This document shows, in pieces, positions 8,867-18,888 of a stretch of DNA of 64,000 nucleotides. Below the pieces are notes generated by a model, which was not told the DNA's origin, did not search any database, and worked only from the letters and a program-made list of their open reading frames with translations. Each line of letters starts with the position of its first letter. Position 1 is the stretch's first letter. The position numbers and the translations under genes were made by a program. The stretch covers positions 42,912-106,911 of the forward strand of contig MFOC01000002.1 in assembly GCA_001782235.1 (NCBI GenBank), in the 5' to 3' direction. The DNA comes from Candidatus Levybacteria bacterium RIFCSPHIGHO2_02_FULL_40_18 (lineage in GTDB: Bacteria; Patescibacteriota; Microgenomatia; Levybacterales; GWA1-39-11).

Positions 8867-9916
8867 TCAAAGAAAAGCGATGTAGAGTCCAAGAAGCGCA
8901 AAAACTATACCAAGAAGCCACGCTCTCATAACAACCTTAGGCTCCTCCCACCCTCGTTTAATAAAATAAACGTGGATTGGGGTGGCAGGAAGTATTCGTT
9001 TACCCAAAAAACGGCGGGACAAAATTTGAAGAAGTGTAGATCCCACTTCAAGGACAAATACGCCTCCAATTAATGCGACTGGCAATGGTTTTCCGGTCAA
9101 AAGTCCCACAGCGCCCAATACCGCCCCGAGAGAAAGCGCTCCCACATCTCCAAGCCAAAGTCTCGCGCGATAAATATTGAAGTATAGAAAGGCCAGAACG
9201 CTCCCTATTAAAATTGCAATGAATAAAGAAAGGAATGGATCAATAATGGATCCTGAAACGGCAAGAAATGCAAGTAAACAAATAACAAGAAGGCCAGTCG
9301 CAAGCCCATCCAAACCATCTGAAAGGTTTACGGCATTTGCAAACGAGACAATGACAAAGGCTGCAAAAACTATATATAAAGCCCCAAGAACTATGTTTCC
9401 AAACCAATGTACGTAAACAAATGAGTACCCGAGTTGAAAATACATCACGGCCCCAATTATCAGTCCCAAGATACATTGGATTGCAAATTTATGAGCCAGT
9501 TTCAGTCCAAAAACACCAGTATGAGTATTGAATATTTTACGAAGGTCATCGTAAAAACCTAAGAAACCAAACCCTATAAATGTAAAGAGTAGGACAAATA
9601 ATTCCCAGAACTTAACATCCACTCGAAGCAATCCATATGCCCAGAGAGAAAGAAAAGTTACAACGAGAATAATCAAGAGTCCTCCGCCAAACGGAGTTCC
9701 AACTTTCCAGACCGAAAGTCTATCCAGTAATCTGACGCGCTGATTAAAAACATCACGATGATGGTTGTGACGCTTTTGAAGTTTAATTTTATATAATAAA
9801 TCTATAAAAGGGACAAGGAGTATCCCCGTTATTGTCAAGGATAGTATTGCAAATCCAAAAACCTGTGCCATATTTATTGTTTGCATCCTCGTCCTGAGCG
9901 GATCGAAGGATGCCAT
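8867..9916 (-). CDS. mraY: phospho-N-acetylmuramoyl-pentapeptide transferase MraY
   Basis: Polytopic membrane protein with the MraY/WecA family motif NAVNLSDGLDGLATG. dcw position. Confidence 0.9.
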   Translation of the reverse strand: MASFDPLRTRMQTINMAQVFGFAILSLTITGILLVPFIDLLYKIKLQKRHNHHRDVFNQRVRLLDRLSVWKVGTPFGGGLLIILVVTFLSLWAYGLLRVDVKFWELFVLLFTFIGFGFLGFYDDLRKIFNTHTGVFGLKLAHKFAIQCILGLIIGAVMYFQLGYSFVYVHWFGNIVLGALYIVFAAFVIVSFANAVNLSDGLDGLATGLLVICLLAFLAVSGSIIDPFLSLFIAILIGSVLAFLYFNIYRARLWLGDVGALSLGAVLGAVGLLTGKPLPVALIGGVFVLEVGSTLLQILSRRFLGKRILPATPIHVYFIKRGWEEPKVVMRAWLLGIVFALLGLYIAFL

Positions 9917-9925
9917 AAAAATTAA

Positions 9926-11545
9926 TTATAAGCGTAAAATGGATCTAGACGCAATAAGCGAGAATGAATTATAAGCTTCCCTCCCCTCAAATACAACTAT
10001 GTCGGGCGCTTTGGTATTTTTATCAACAAATTTTGCAATTTTTGCCGGGGGCAAAACTTGGACAAGGCAAAGAGATTTTTCCTCCTGTATCCCTATAACT
10101 AAAGGTTTGTAATGATTATCATTTGTCAGGAAAAGATAATCGCATACTTTTCCAATCTCTTTTCCTAATTCCAAATGATCTTGGTACGCGTTCTTGCCAA
10201 GCTCCGTAAGTGGCTGAAGGATCAAAATTTTCTTTCCCTTATATAATTTCATATATTCAATTGCCCCTCTTATAGAGTTAATGTGAGTATTGTATGTGTC
10301 GTTTATCAAAATTGAGCCTTTGGAGTTCTTCGCAGGATCCATTGTTCTTGGCAAGGGACGAAGGCGCAATAACTCCTTTCTAATCAATGAAAAATCTATA
10401 CCTAAATACAGTCCTAAAAAAAATCCCGGGAGAAGATTTTCTACGTTTTGTAATCCCACGAGCTTAATGTCTGATACTTTATGTTTTTTTCCAAAGACGC
10501 GAACATCAAAAGATACCGAAAAGCGAGAAATCCTAATGTTTGACGCATAAATATCCGATGCTAAACCCGCCTCTTCAAAAGAGTAAATAAATTTTTTATT
10601 TTTAATTCGACTATATAAAGACATTGTATTGGGATTATTTCCGCATAAAATAACAATTCCGTCTCTTGGCAGCGAGCCAACTACTTCATATTTTGATTCT
10701 ATTACATTATCAAGGTTCCCGAAAACAGAAGTTTTTTCATCGTTTATTCCCGTAATAACTGCTATTTTAGGACTTGCTATATTGCACATCTCGGATACAT
10801 CTCCCTTTTTGTAGTCTTCCATCTCAACTATAAATACCTGCTTGCGAGTATCAAGTTTTGAGAGAATTGTTTTTGCTATTCCGAGAGCACTATTAAAGGG
10901 CGTATCATTTTCAAGCACGTTGAATTTAATCGATAATATTCTTGTAATAAATTCTTTAGTTGAGCCTTTAGCGTAACTTCCAACTATGGCAACCGTCAGG
11001 AGATGTTTGTGTTTATTAAATTTATCAATTGCTCGATTTATGATTGTGTCTTGTTTAAAGTCAAAGAAAACTAAAAAAATACTTATAAAGAAAGCTGTAA
11101 TAAACGGCAATAGTTTGTCAATTATAACCATCCAAAGGAATTGATCTAATGGGGGAAGAAGATATAAAACGATCGAAACAGCCAATGTAAGAAGTATTAT
11201 TAGGATAACATTAAAAGAAATTCTCGGCAATAAAAATTCACGATTATAAATTTTATATAATATCTTTAGAAAAAAATAAAAGTAGAGGAAAAATATTAAT
11301 AGATGGTAATAAAAGTCAAGGCCGCTTACGTAAATTGTCGAGCCATATAAAAAAATTACTAATATCTTGACAAGGTTTTCCCATCCTAATATTAAACTTC
11401 TCCCTCTTTTTGTTTCTCTAATGTATATTAAAATGCGCTTTGCTCTGTATTCTTTATCTTCCCAAAGCTTGACCCAGGAAAAAGCATTAAATATTAAGAA
11501 GGAGAAAAAGAATATTGATGTTAGTCTAAAAACAAGATCCGCCAT
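9926..11545 (-). CDS. murF: MurF-like Mur ligase with N-terminal ~170-aa polytopic membrane domain and degenerate P-loop
   Basis: C-terminal 370 aa match the Mur ligase family: VAIVGSYAKGSTKE aligns to the MurF P-loop GSSGKTSVKE, and DTYNTHINS matches the MurF-specific DDSYNANP motif. The first ~170 aa are four to five hydrophobic helices instead of the canonical MurF N-domain. Located immediately upstream of mraY. Confidence 0.7.
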   Translation of the reverse strand: MADLVFRLTSIFFFSFLIFNAFSWVKLWEDKEYRAKRILIYIRETKRGRSLILGWENLVKILVIFLYGSTIYVSGLDFYYHLLIFFLYFYFFLKILYKIYNREFLLPRISFNVILIILLTLAVSIVLYLLPPLDQFLWMVIIDKLLPFITAFFISIFLVFFDFKQDTIINRAIDKFNKHKHLLTVAIVGSYAKGSTKEFITRILSIKFNVLENDTPFNSALGIAKTILSKLDTRKQVFIVEMEDYKKGDVSEMCNIASPKIAVITGINDEKTSVFGNLDNVIESKYEVVGSLPRDGIVILCGNNPNTMSLYSRIKNKKFIYSFEEAGLASDIYASNIRISRFSVSFDVRVFGKKHKVSDIKLVGLQNVENLLPGFFLGLYLGIDFSLIRKELLRLRPLPRTMDPAKNSKGSILINDTYNTHINSIRGAIEYMKLYKGKKILILQPLTELGKNAYQDHLELGKEIGKVCDYLFLTNDNHYKPLVIGIQEEKSLCLVQVLPPAKIAKFVDKNTKAPDIVVFEGREAYNSFSLIASRSILRL

Positions 11546-11580
11546 TATCTTTCTTAATTAATTATCATTTCAAGCTCGTT

Positions 11581-12903
11581 TCAGGATCTCTTTGGGCGGC
11601 CGTATCTGCCGGCCCGCTTCGCCATAGCTTTATCGAGGCGAGCAGGCAGGGTTTTCTTTTCTTCTACAAACTCGGCAAATTTTGTATAAAATGTAGTATC
11701 TGAATCAACATTTCTCATAACGGTTGTGGATGGTCCAATAATTGCATTATTTCCAATAGTTATTCCGGGCATGGTGGAAACCCGCTCTCCAATTACCACA
11801 TTATCGCCAATTATCGCGCCAAGAGACCCAAAACCTGTATCTATCTTTTCTCCATTAACCACGGAACGGACGTTAGCTCTATCCAGGCGAACATTTGCAG
11901 TTCCAAATAGAGCTCCAATTTTGGAATTTTGCCCAAGTACAGAATCACCTATAAATCCTGAATGTGTTTTTGTTCCTTCCAAAATTAGCGATCCCCTCAC
12001 TTCCATATATGCACCTATGACGGCAGATTCTTCAATATCTGATCCATCTCTAACAAGCGAATTAGACCCTATGAAGACGTTTCTACCTATGTAGCATGGT
12101 CCTTTTATAACTGCGTTTTCAAGTACCTGTGCGCCCTCTTCTATAACTACACTCCCATCAATTTGTGCGTTACCTGCAATCCGCGCTTTCTTTGAAATAC
12201 TTCTTTTTTGTTTTGAAAGTATGTAGTTTTTGATATTAAGAAGATCCCACGGATACTTTAAAGATAATATTTTATGGTTTGTTAATGCAAGAAGAACTCT
12301 CTTTTCTTTTGCGTATTTATCTAGAGCGTTCTCCAAGGAATAATGTGTTGATGGAATTTTTTTAAGAGTTTTAACGAAATCCTGGTTAAGAAAATAAACG
12401 CCAACAATTCGTAAATTTGAAAATCCACGACTACTCTTGGGCTTCTCGGAAATTTCAAGTACCCTATCGCCATTTATTTTAAGCGCTCCGAATTTTCTTT
12501 GCGATGGCTCGGGCGTTGCAAGAAGAACCGGTTCCTTATTTGTGCCTCTATTTAAGTCTATTGCGTGCTTTAACTCATCAAACTCTACATGATTTGAATT
12601 AACTAAAAAAAAATCTCCCGTTAGAAATTTTGATGCAACTATAAGAGCATCGCCCGCTCCAGTTGGCTTTTCTTGAATAACATATCGAATTTTAACGCCA
12701 AACTTTTTGCCATTCCCCAAAACATCTTGAAAGTTACGGTTGTTGCCGGTTACTATAGTGATATCAGTTATACCAGCGCGCTTAACAGCTCGGACAGTGT
12801 GCGAAATCAATGATTCTCCGGCAATTTTTACAAGACATTTGTGTTTCAGGTTCAGTGGGAAGAATCTACTTGATTCTCCTGCTGCCAGTAGTACTGCTTG
12901 CAT
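11581..12903 (-). CDS. GlmU-like bifunctional sugar-1-phosphate nucleotidyltransferase / hexapeptide-repeat acetyltransferase
   Basis: N-terminal AVLLAAGESSRF nucleotidyltransferase motif. C-terminal 180 aa of left-handed beta-helix hexapeptide repeats. 440 aa, close to GlmU size. Confidence 0.65.
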   Translation of the reverse strand: MQAVLLAAGESSRFFPLNLKHKCLVKIAGESLISHTVRAVKRAGITDITIVTGNNRNFQDVLGNGKKFGVKIRYVIQEKPTGAGDALIVASKFLTGDFFLVNSNHVEFDELKHAIDLNRGTNKEPVLLATPEPSQRKFGALKINGDRVLEISEKPKSSRGFSNLRIVGVYFLNQDFVKTLKKIPSTHYSLENALDKYAKEKRVLLALTNHKILSLKYPWDLLNIKNYILSKQKRSISKKARIAGNAQIDGSVVIEEGAQVLENAVIKGPCYIGRNVFIGSNSLVRDGSDIEESAVIGAYMEVRGSLILEGTKTHSGFIGDSVLGQNSKIGALFGTANVRLDRANVRSVVNGEKIDTGFGSLGAIIGDNVVIGERVSTMPGITIGNNAIIGPSTTVMRNVDSDTTFYTKFAEFVEEKKTLPARLDKAMAKRAGRYGRPKRS

Positions 12904-14264
12904 TAGACTATTCCTCTTTCTCCCGCATAGCGAGATCTCTCCTCAAGAGACTCTTCAATAACATCTATGTCTGCCCCAAGTGATCGAAGTCGCTTGTCAA
13001 AAGCTTCATATCCTCGTTCAAGATATTCAATTCCAAAGACTATACTTTCTCCTTTTGCAATTAAAGCTGCTATTACCAGCGATGCGCCGGCTCGTAGGTC
13101 CGAGATATTTAATACTGCATTGTGGAGATGAGTCTTGCCGTGAATCTTTAACCCATGTTTACCATTTTTGCGATAATTAAAATTGTAAAATTCTTTTGGA
13201 TTCACAACTTCAGGTTGATAAATTTCCAAATCCGCTCCCATTTTCGCAAGTTCATTAACGTACCCAAATCTATTTTCGTAAATTGTCTCATGAATAGTAG
13301 AGTCACCTTCCGCTTGAGTCATAAAAATAGCCCAAGGTCCCTGCCAATCGGTCATAAAACCCGGATGAGGTGCGGTCAATATGTGCGTTGGCTTAACATA
13401 GCCGGTCAAATAAAATCTTGCTTTTGAGTCCTTTTTCTCCCATTTTCCCCCTGCTTCTTTAAACTCCGAAACAAAATTCTTAATATCTAAAAGGTCTATG
13501 TTTTTAATATAAATTGCACCACCTGTTAGCGCCGAAAGGATTGCAAAAGTTATAGCTTCATTTCTATCGGGGGGAATCTCAAAAGTTGCCCTATGAAGCT
13601 TTTGAACTCCATCTATTACAATTGTTCGAGGTTCTGTCCTCTTAATTTTTGCTCCCATTGAATTCAAAAGACCAATAAGATCATCGACCTCGGGCTCTTG
13701 TGCAGCATTCTCAAGAACGGTTTTTCCGTGAGCCAAAGTTGCCGCCATTATAAGCGTTTCTGTTCCTGTGTGGGTGTTTTTTTTGAAACGATACATTGTA
13801 CCCTTTAATCCGTTGGTTCTAACATGGAAATATCCGTCTCGACTGTTATATTTTGAAACCGCCCCCATTTTTTCAAGTCCTTCAATATGACGATCTATGG
13901 GACGGGCTCCAATTCTGCAACCGCCGGGATTTGGAATTAATGCCTCCTTTTTTCGGGCTAAAAGCGGGGCTAAAAACATAGAAGATGTTCTAATTTTTGC
14001 CCCCATCTCAAGAGGAATTTTGATGTTTCTTATTTTCTCGACAGAAATTTTTACCGTGTGTCCCGAAAGCTTAACATGCCCGCCAATTTCTTTAACGAGC
14101 TCGAGCATTACTAAAACATCTGAAATTAGAGGAACGTTCTTGATCTCAACGGGTTCGTTTGTCAAACACGCGGCAATTATTGCTTTTAAAACCACATTCT
14201 TGCTTCCTGAAACCGCGACTTCCCCAGCGAGCTTACTCCCACCATTTATAATATATTTTTTCAT
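12903..14264 (-). CDS. murA: UDP-N-acetylglucosamine 1-carboxyvinyltransferase MurA
   Basis: N-terminus IINGGSKLAGEVAVSGSKN and active-site Cys loop PGGCRIGARPID. ~450 aa EPT fold. Confidence 0.9.
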   Translation of the reverse strand: MKKYIINGGSKLAGEVAVSGSKNVVLKAIIAACLTNEPVEIKNVPLISDVLVMLELVKEIGGHVKLSGHTVKISVEKIRNIKIPLEMGAKIRTSSMFLAPLLARKKEALIPNPGGCRIGARPIDRHIEGLEKMGAVSKYNSRDGYFHVRTNGLKGTMYRFKKNTHTGTETLIMAATLAHGKTVLENAAQEPEVDDLIGLLNSMGAKIKRTEPRTIVIDGVQKLHRATFEIPPDRNEAITFAILSALTGGAIYIKNIDLLDIKNFVSEFKEAGGKWEKKDSKARFYLTGYVKPTHILTAPHPGFMTDWQGPWAIFMTQAEGDSTIHETIYENRFGYVNELAKMGADLEIYQPEVVNPKEFYNFNYRKNGKHGLKIHGKTHLHNAVLNISDLRAGASLVIAALIAKGESIVFGIEYLERGYEAFDKRLRSLGADIDVIEESLEERSRYAGERGIV

Positions 14265-15769
14265 ACTAGTTTTTCCGCCACGTGATAAACGTCTCCTGCT
14301 CCCATTGTAATTACTATTTTATCCGATCCTTTAACGTTTTTCCTGATGTATTCTACCACACTCGTTTGCGTTTCAATCAACTTCACATTAGGTTGGACTG
14401 TCCGAACTTTTTCAACGAACTCTCGGTCCTCCGCGAGCCCATGTTCGCTGAGATCACGAGCCGATGTAAAAGTCGGCAAAATTATTAGTTCTGAAACACC
14501 CGCAAAAGAGGAGGTAAACTCAGAAAGAAGAGCCTTTGTTCTGTTGTAAGTATGTGCTTGAAAAATAACCGTAATTTTTTTGTTTGGAAATGTAGCTTTT
14601 ATTGCTTCGAGAGTTTTTCGAATTTCTTCTGGGTGATGAGCGTAATCATCAAATATTAAAACCCCATCGGGGGTTTCGCCGATTCCCTCAATTCTCCTCT
14701 TAATGCCCCTAAATTCGGGAAGGACTCTTTGAATATCTTGAATCGAAAAACCAAGCTCAATAAGAAGCGCAATAACGGCTAGCGAATTCTTGGCGTTATG
14801 GTATCCTGGAATTGATAATTCGAATATTCCAAGCGAAGTATCTTTTCGAAAGACTTCAAAGTGCGAACCAAAAACGTGCGAACCAAAAACCTCCTGGTTA
14901 AACCCAGCACCATAATGGCGCTGGGTAAAATTCTTTATTACAAATTCATTCCCCTCATCAGCCCCATAAGTAAAAACCCTAATCCGACTGCCATCACCCG
15001 TGATACCCTTTATACCCGTGGTGCTCGTGATACTTTTAATATTTCCGTCATCGCCATTCACAATAAGAGTTGAATCCGAATCTAGATTCGATACGAATTT
15101 CCTATATGCTTCCCGAACCTCCTCAATATCCTTAAAAAAATCCGGATGGTCAAAGTCAATGTTGTTTATGATTAAATACTTAGGATGTTGATGTAAAAAT
15201 TTAGGATTTCGATCGAATTTTAGTTCGGAGAGGTACTCATCAGCCTCTGCTATAAAATATTTACCCCGGCCATAATGCCCCGCGGCGCCAATCTGAAAAA
15301 TTTCGCTCGTCCCAACGGTGAAACTAGGGTCGGACCCCAAGCGTGAAAGACATGCTGCTGTCATTCCTGCAATTGTAGTTTTACCGTGAGATCCTGAAAT
15401 AGAAATACCTTCGATGTCATTTCGGCCGAACAATTCTCCCGACATAAATAATCCGACCGCTTCCCCATGAGATATAACCCTGTAATCGTTCTCCCGAGCA
15501 AAAACTGCTTCCGGATTTTCAAAACCATCGTGAGCCGCTGTGGCAATAAAAAGACACTCGTCAGGTCGAGTTGTCCCAAAAAAGTTCTCCACATTCTCCT
15601 TTTTAAACCCAATTAGACTATCTATCCCTGCCTCCTTCAGTATTTTATCCGTTATAAATTCTTCCTCGACATCACTTCCTTCCACAATAAATCCAGCCTC
15701 TTTGGCAATAATCGCCAAAGTTGCCATCCCCACACCCTTAATCCCCATGAAATATATCTTTTTATACAT
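14261..15769 (-). CDS. murC: UDP-N-acetylmuramate--L-alanine ligase MurC
   Basis: N-terminal IYFMGIKGVGMATLA...GSD (MurC Rossmann signature) and P-loop ISISGSHGKTT. Confidence 0.8.
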   Translation of the reverse strand: MYKKIYFMGIKGVGMATLAIIAKEAGFIVEGSDVEEEFITDKILKEAGIDSLIGFKKENVENFFGTTRPDECLFIATAAHDGFENPEAVFARENDYRVISHGEAVGLFMSGELFGRNDIEGISISGSHGKTTIAGMTAACLSRLGSDPSFTVGTSEIFQIGAAGHYGRGKYFIAEADEYLSELKFDRNPKFLHQHPKYLIINNIDFDHPDFFKDIEEVREAYRKFVSNLDSDSTLIVNGDDGNIKSITSTTGIKGITGDGSRIRVFTYGADEGNEFVIKNFTQRHYGAGFNQEVFGSHVFGSHFEVFRKDTSLGIFELSIPGYHNAKNSLAVIALLIELGFSIQDIQRVLPEFRGIKRRIEGIGETPDGVLIFDDYAHHPEEIRKTLEAIKATFPNKKITVIFQAHTYNRTKALLSEFTSSFAGVSELIILPTFTSARDLSEHGLAEDREFVEKVRTVQPNVKLIETQTSVVEYIRKNVKGSDKIVITMGAGDVYHVAEKLV

Positions 15770-15811
15770 GAGAATAGTATTATATTAAATACATCGAATA
15801 CATGCCACTAG

Positions 15812-15938
15812 CTAGAAATTGGTTATTAGAAATTAGAAAATGGTTCGGAAATTAGAAATTGGAAATTGGAATTTAATTACCATTTTCTATTTTCAATTCT
15901 CCATTACTATTTTCTATTATCTATTAACTATTTTCTAG
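15812..15938. repeat. palindromic AT-rich intergenic element (family A/B) built of GGAAATT heptamer repeats and their inverse, termini CTAGAAATTGG...AACTATTTTCTAG
   Basis: Four direct GGAAATT-like 7-mers followed by their inverted copies (CCATTTTC). Bounded by CTAG at both ends. Second copy at 41290..41417. Confidence 0.6.
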
Positions 15939-15939
15939 A

Positions 15940-17655
15940 TTATTGTGATGGCAGATTATAGTACTTGATGAGATCGCGGGCAATGTTAAAAAAGATAGGT
16001 GCGGCGGTTTCGGAGCCGTAAATTGATGTCTTGGGACGGTCCACTAGAACCAGCATTGTGATTTTAGGGTTGTCTGCCGGGAAAAATCCTACAAATGATG
16101 CTATTGTTTGATTTGGGTCATAGTGTCCCGCAACCGGAATCTGGGCAGTCCCGGTTTTCCCAGCAATTTTATAATTTTTGATCTTTGTCCATTTTGCCTC
16201 TCCTTCCTCAACTGCCGAGACCATCATGCCGGCTATTATCTTTGACGTTGATTCCTTAATAACTTTTGTTTTAATTTTTGGTTTTATGTCTATTTTTTTA
16301 CCTTCTTCCGTAATTATTTGTGAAACAGCATATGGGGTCATAAGATTCCCCCCATTTGCTATAGCATTGACTGCATTTGCTAGTTGAATCGGCGTAATGG
16401 AAATTCCCTGTCCAAAAGAGGCCGTTGCCAAATCTATCGGATACCATGAATCTTTATCGCGAATTACCCCTGTTGTTTCTCCCTGAAGATCAATCCCTGT
16501 TATTTTTCCAATCCCAAACCTGTTAAGATACTTAATCATATTCGAGAGTCCTAATTTTCTCCCCACAAAAACCATTCCCGTATTATTAGAGTGAATTATT
16601 ACCTCTCGCATCGTAGAGTTTGGAAAATACTTATCGTTCCAGGTCCTTATTTTATAATCCCCCTCCTGAATCGGTCCCGAACAAATATTGCAGCGGGTCT
16701 CGGGTTTAACCTTGTTCTCATCAATTGCCGCAGCCATAATAAGCACCTTAAATGTTGAGCCCGGCTCATAGACGTTCGACAACACGGGATTTGTGTAAGA
16801 GCCTGGGTCAAATTCGTAGTATTTTTGAGGGTCAAATGAAGGAATTGACGATATGGCAAGAATAGCTCCTGTCTCACTCTCCATAACAACCACGCTTCCA
16901 CCCTCTGCGTTATATCGTAGAACTCCCTCGCGAAGCCTCTTTTCCGCCGTAAATTGAACAGTCCTATCAAGCGTTAACTTTAAACTTCTCCCGTCAATTT
17001 TCTTATCCTCCCGTGTATCTCCTACTATTTGATTGCCCAATGCGTCACGAATTGCATAAAGCTTTCCCGAACGCCCTGAGAGTTGTTGGTCATAACGTCC
17101 TTCAATTCCAAAGTATCCTTTATCCTGTCCTTGCGAATCTTTGCCTAAAAACCCAATTAAATGTGCCGCCATAGATGCCTCGGGATAAAATCGAGTATAT
17201 TCTTGCTGAAAACCTAACCCTGCAAGCGCAAGTTTTTCGATCGCCCGCTTTTTATCTTGATCAAGTCCGGTAGCAAGCTTCACCCAGTATAGGTCAGATG
17301 AAAGCTTTGCCGAGACTGATGCCGGATCGTCCGCCAAAATGGTACTTAGTTTCTCAGTATAATCTTGTCTATCTTTTATAATTTTGGGGTTGGTATAAAG
17401 AAAATATGAAATAGTGTTGGTAGCAAGAGGAAAATCATCTCTTGATTTTATTTCCCCTCGAATGGCCGGAATTGTCAGAACTTGAGAGCTTTGAGCGCGG
17501 CCTAGATCCGATAATCCAGATCCGCGGACTATCTGCCATAAAAATAACCTAGCAATTACGGCGATGTAAAAAAAGCACAGGAAGACAAGGACAAGAGCAA
17601 ATCGTAATTTTTCCCCCACCAGGCCAGAGGCCCTCGGGGCCGGAGACCATCTCAT
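15940..17655 (-). CDS. ftsI: class B penicillin-binding protein (transpeptidase) FtsI
   Basis: N-terminal TM. Transpeptidase motifs STFK (EPGSTFKV), SNN (HSNNTG) and KTGT (AGKTGTA). Confidence 0.85.
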   Translation of the reverse strand: MRWSPAPRASGLVGEKLRFALVLVFLCFFYIAVIARLFLWQIVRGSGLSDLGRAQSSQVLTIPAIRGEIKSRDDFPLATNTISYFLYTNPKIIKDRQDYTEKLSTILADDPASVSAKLSSDLYWVKLATGLDQDKKRAIEKLALAGLGFQQEYTRFYPEASMAAHLIGFLGKDSQGQDKGYFGIEGRYDQQLSGRSGKLYAIRDALGNQIVGDTREDKKIDGRSLKLTLDRTVQFTAEKRLREGVLRYNAEGGSVVVMESETGAILAISSIPSFDPQKYYEFDPGSYTNPVLSNVYEPGSTFKVLIMAAAIDENKVKPETRCNICSGPIQEGDYKIRTWNDKYFPNSTMREVIIHSNNTGMVFVGRKLGLSNMIKYLNRFGIGKITGIDLQGETTGVIRDKDSWYPIDLATASFGQGISITPIQLANAVNAIANGGNLMTPYAVSQIITEEGKKIDIKPKIKTKVIKESTSKIIAGMMVSAVEEGEAKWTKIKNYKIAGKTGTAQIPVAGHYDPNQTIASFVGFFPADNPKITMLVLVDRPKTSIYGSETAAPIFFNIARDLIKYYNLPSQ

Positions 17656-17939
17656 CTTGTACGAGCAACCTCAACCGGATCATAAAGCGAGACAAAGCCT
17701 GAGGTCTCCTTGTATCCCAATTCCCCCGCACGAGACGATATAGTATTGTAAGATGAAAGGGTTAACACCTCTGATTGGAGTTTTATATTGTTCTCCGAGA
17801 GCTCTGCAACTTGCGTCCGAAGTTTTGTAGCTTCAATACTCTCAAGTGATTTAGTATTAGACAGGTATATACTAGCTACTTGAGTTATAAAAGCCACAAC
17901 TGCCAAAAATATTATTGTTAACTTTAAATGTTTACTCAT
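17652..17939 (-). CDS. ftsL: FtsL-like cell division protein
   Basis: 95 aa, one N-terminal TM followed by a coiled-coil. Overlaps the ftsI start by 4 nt. Canonical slot between rsmH and ftsI. Confidence 0.5.
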   Translation of the reverse strand: MSKHLKLTIIFLAVVAFITQVASIYLSNTKSLESIEATKLRTQVAELSENNIKLQSEVLTLSSYNTISSRAGELGYKETSGFVSLYDPVEVARTR

Positions 17940-17967
17940 AGGTTAATTTGTTGTTTTTGTCAATTTG

Positions 17968-18888
17968 TTAACTGTTAGTTATCTTCTCTAAAATCCTCAA
18001 TTTCGCGCTTCTTGCTCTTCTATTTGCCTTTATTTCTTCCTCGCTTGGAACTATTGGCTTCTTGTTTGCTAAAATTGCCCTACCTTCTCTTGCTAATCTT
18101 GCAAAAAAGAGCTTTACAACCCTATCTTCAAGCGAATGGAAAGAGATTACAATCAATCTTCCATTTGGAGCAAGAATTTCAAAAGCGCCCGCAAGTCCCT
18201 CTTTCAAATTGTCAATTTCGCTATTTACCGCAATTCGCAAAGCTTGAAACACGCGAGTTGCCGGATGCAATCGAGTAACACCCCGAAGGTGTGTTCCGCT
18301 TGCTCTTGCAACTATTTCTGCAAGTTCCCGACTTGTTTCGATCGGCTTTATTGAACGCGCCCGAACAATACTATCGCAAAATGCGTAAGCATTCTTTTCT
18401 TCACCAAATTTACTAAAAATATTATAAAGTTCATCGCGACTTGCACTGTTTACTATATCTCTTGCTGTTAGCTTTGTTTCGATTGACATCCTCATATCAA
18501 GCGGCTCATCTCTTAAAAAGCTGAATCCTTTCCCCGACTTTTCCATCTGATAGCTCGAGAATCCCAGATCAAATAAAACTCCGTCCGCATTTACGAATCC
18601 TCTTTCCCGAGCTATCCTTTCGATGTCTTTGAAATTTCCTCGTGTTAAAACCAATTCCTGATTCTCGATTCCAGATTCTTGATTCTTCTTGATATACTCA
18701 ATGGCATCTTCGTCCTGGTCAATACCTAACACTTTTCCACCTCTTCGAATGATCTCAGCCGAATGTCCTCCGCCGCCAATTGTCGCATCTATATACTTAC
18801 CGTTCGGCCGAACATTTAGCGCGGAAACCGCTTCTTTTAAAAGAGCAGGGGTGTGAAAACCCCAATTTAATCGGGGAAAATTATTCAT
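17968..18888 (-). CDS. rsmH: 16S rRNA (cytosine1402-N4)-methyltransferase RsmH (MraW)
   Basis: SAM-binding motif IDATIGGGGHS. Follows mraZ with an 8-nt overlap. Confidence 0.9.
   Translation of the reverse strand: MNNFPRLNWGFHTPALLKEAVSALNVRPNGKYIDATIGGGGHSAEIIRRGGKVLGIDQDEDAIEYIKKNQESGIENQELVLTRGNFKDIERIARERGFVNADGVLFDLGFSSYQMEKSGKGFSFLRDEPLDMRMSIETKLTARDIVNSASRDELYNIFSKFGEEKNAYAFCDSIVRARSIKPIETSRELAEIVARASGTHLRGVTRLHPATRVFQALRIAVNSEIDNLKEGLAGAFEILAPNGRLIVISFHSLEDRVVKLFFARLAREGRAILANKKPIVPSEEEIKANRRARSAKLRILEKITNS

Noticed and set aside
15812-15938. Possible CRISPR array suggested by the many short tandem repeats.
   Set aside because: Repeat units are only 7-9 nt, contiguous with no unique spacers, and no cas genes are present. 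This is not a CRISPR locus.
5170-17640. Shared GGTCTCCGGCCC 12-mer in ftsA and ftsI as evidence of a mobile insertion.
   Set aside because: A single short match could be chance given that both regions are independently GC-rich. It is reported only as a low-interest observation.
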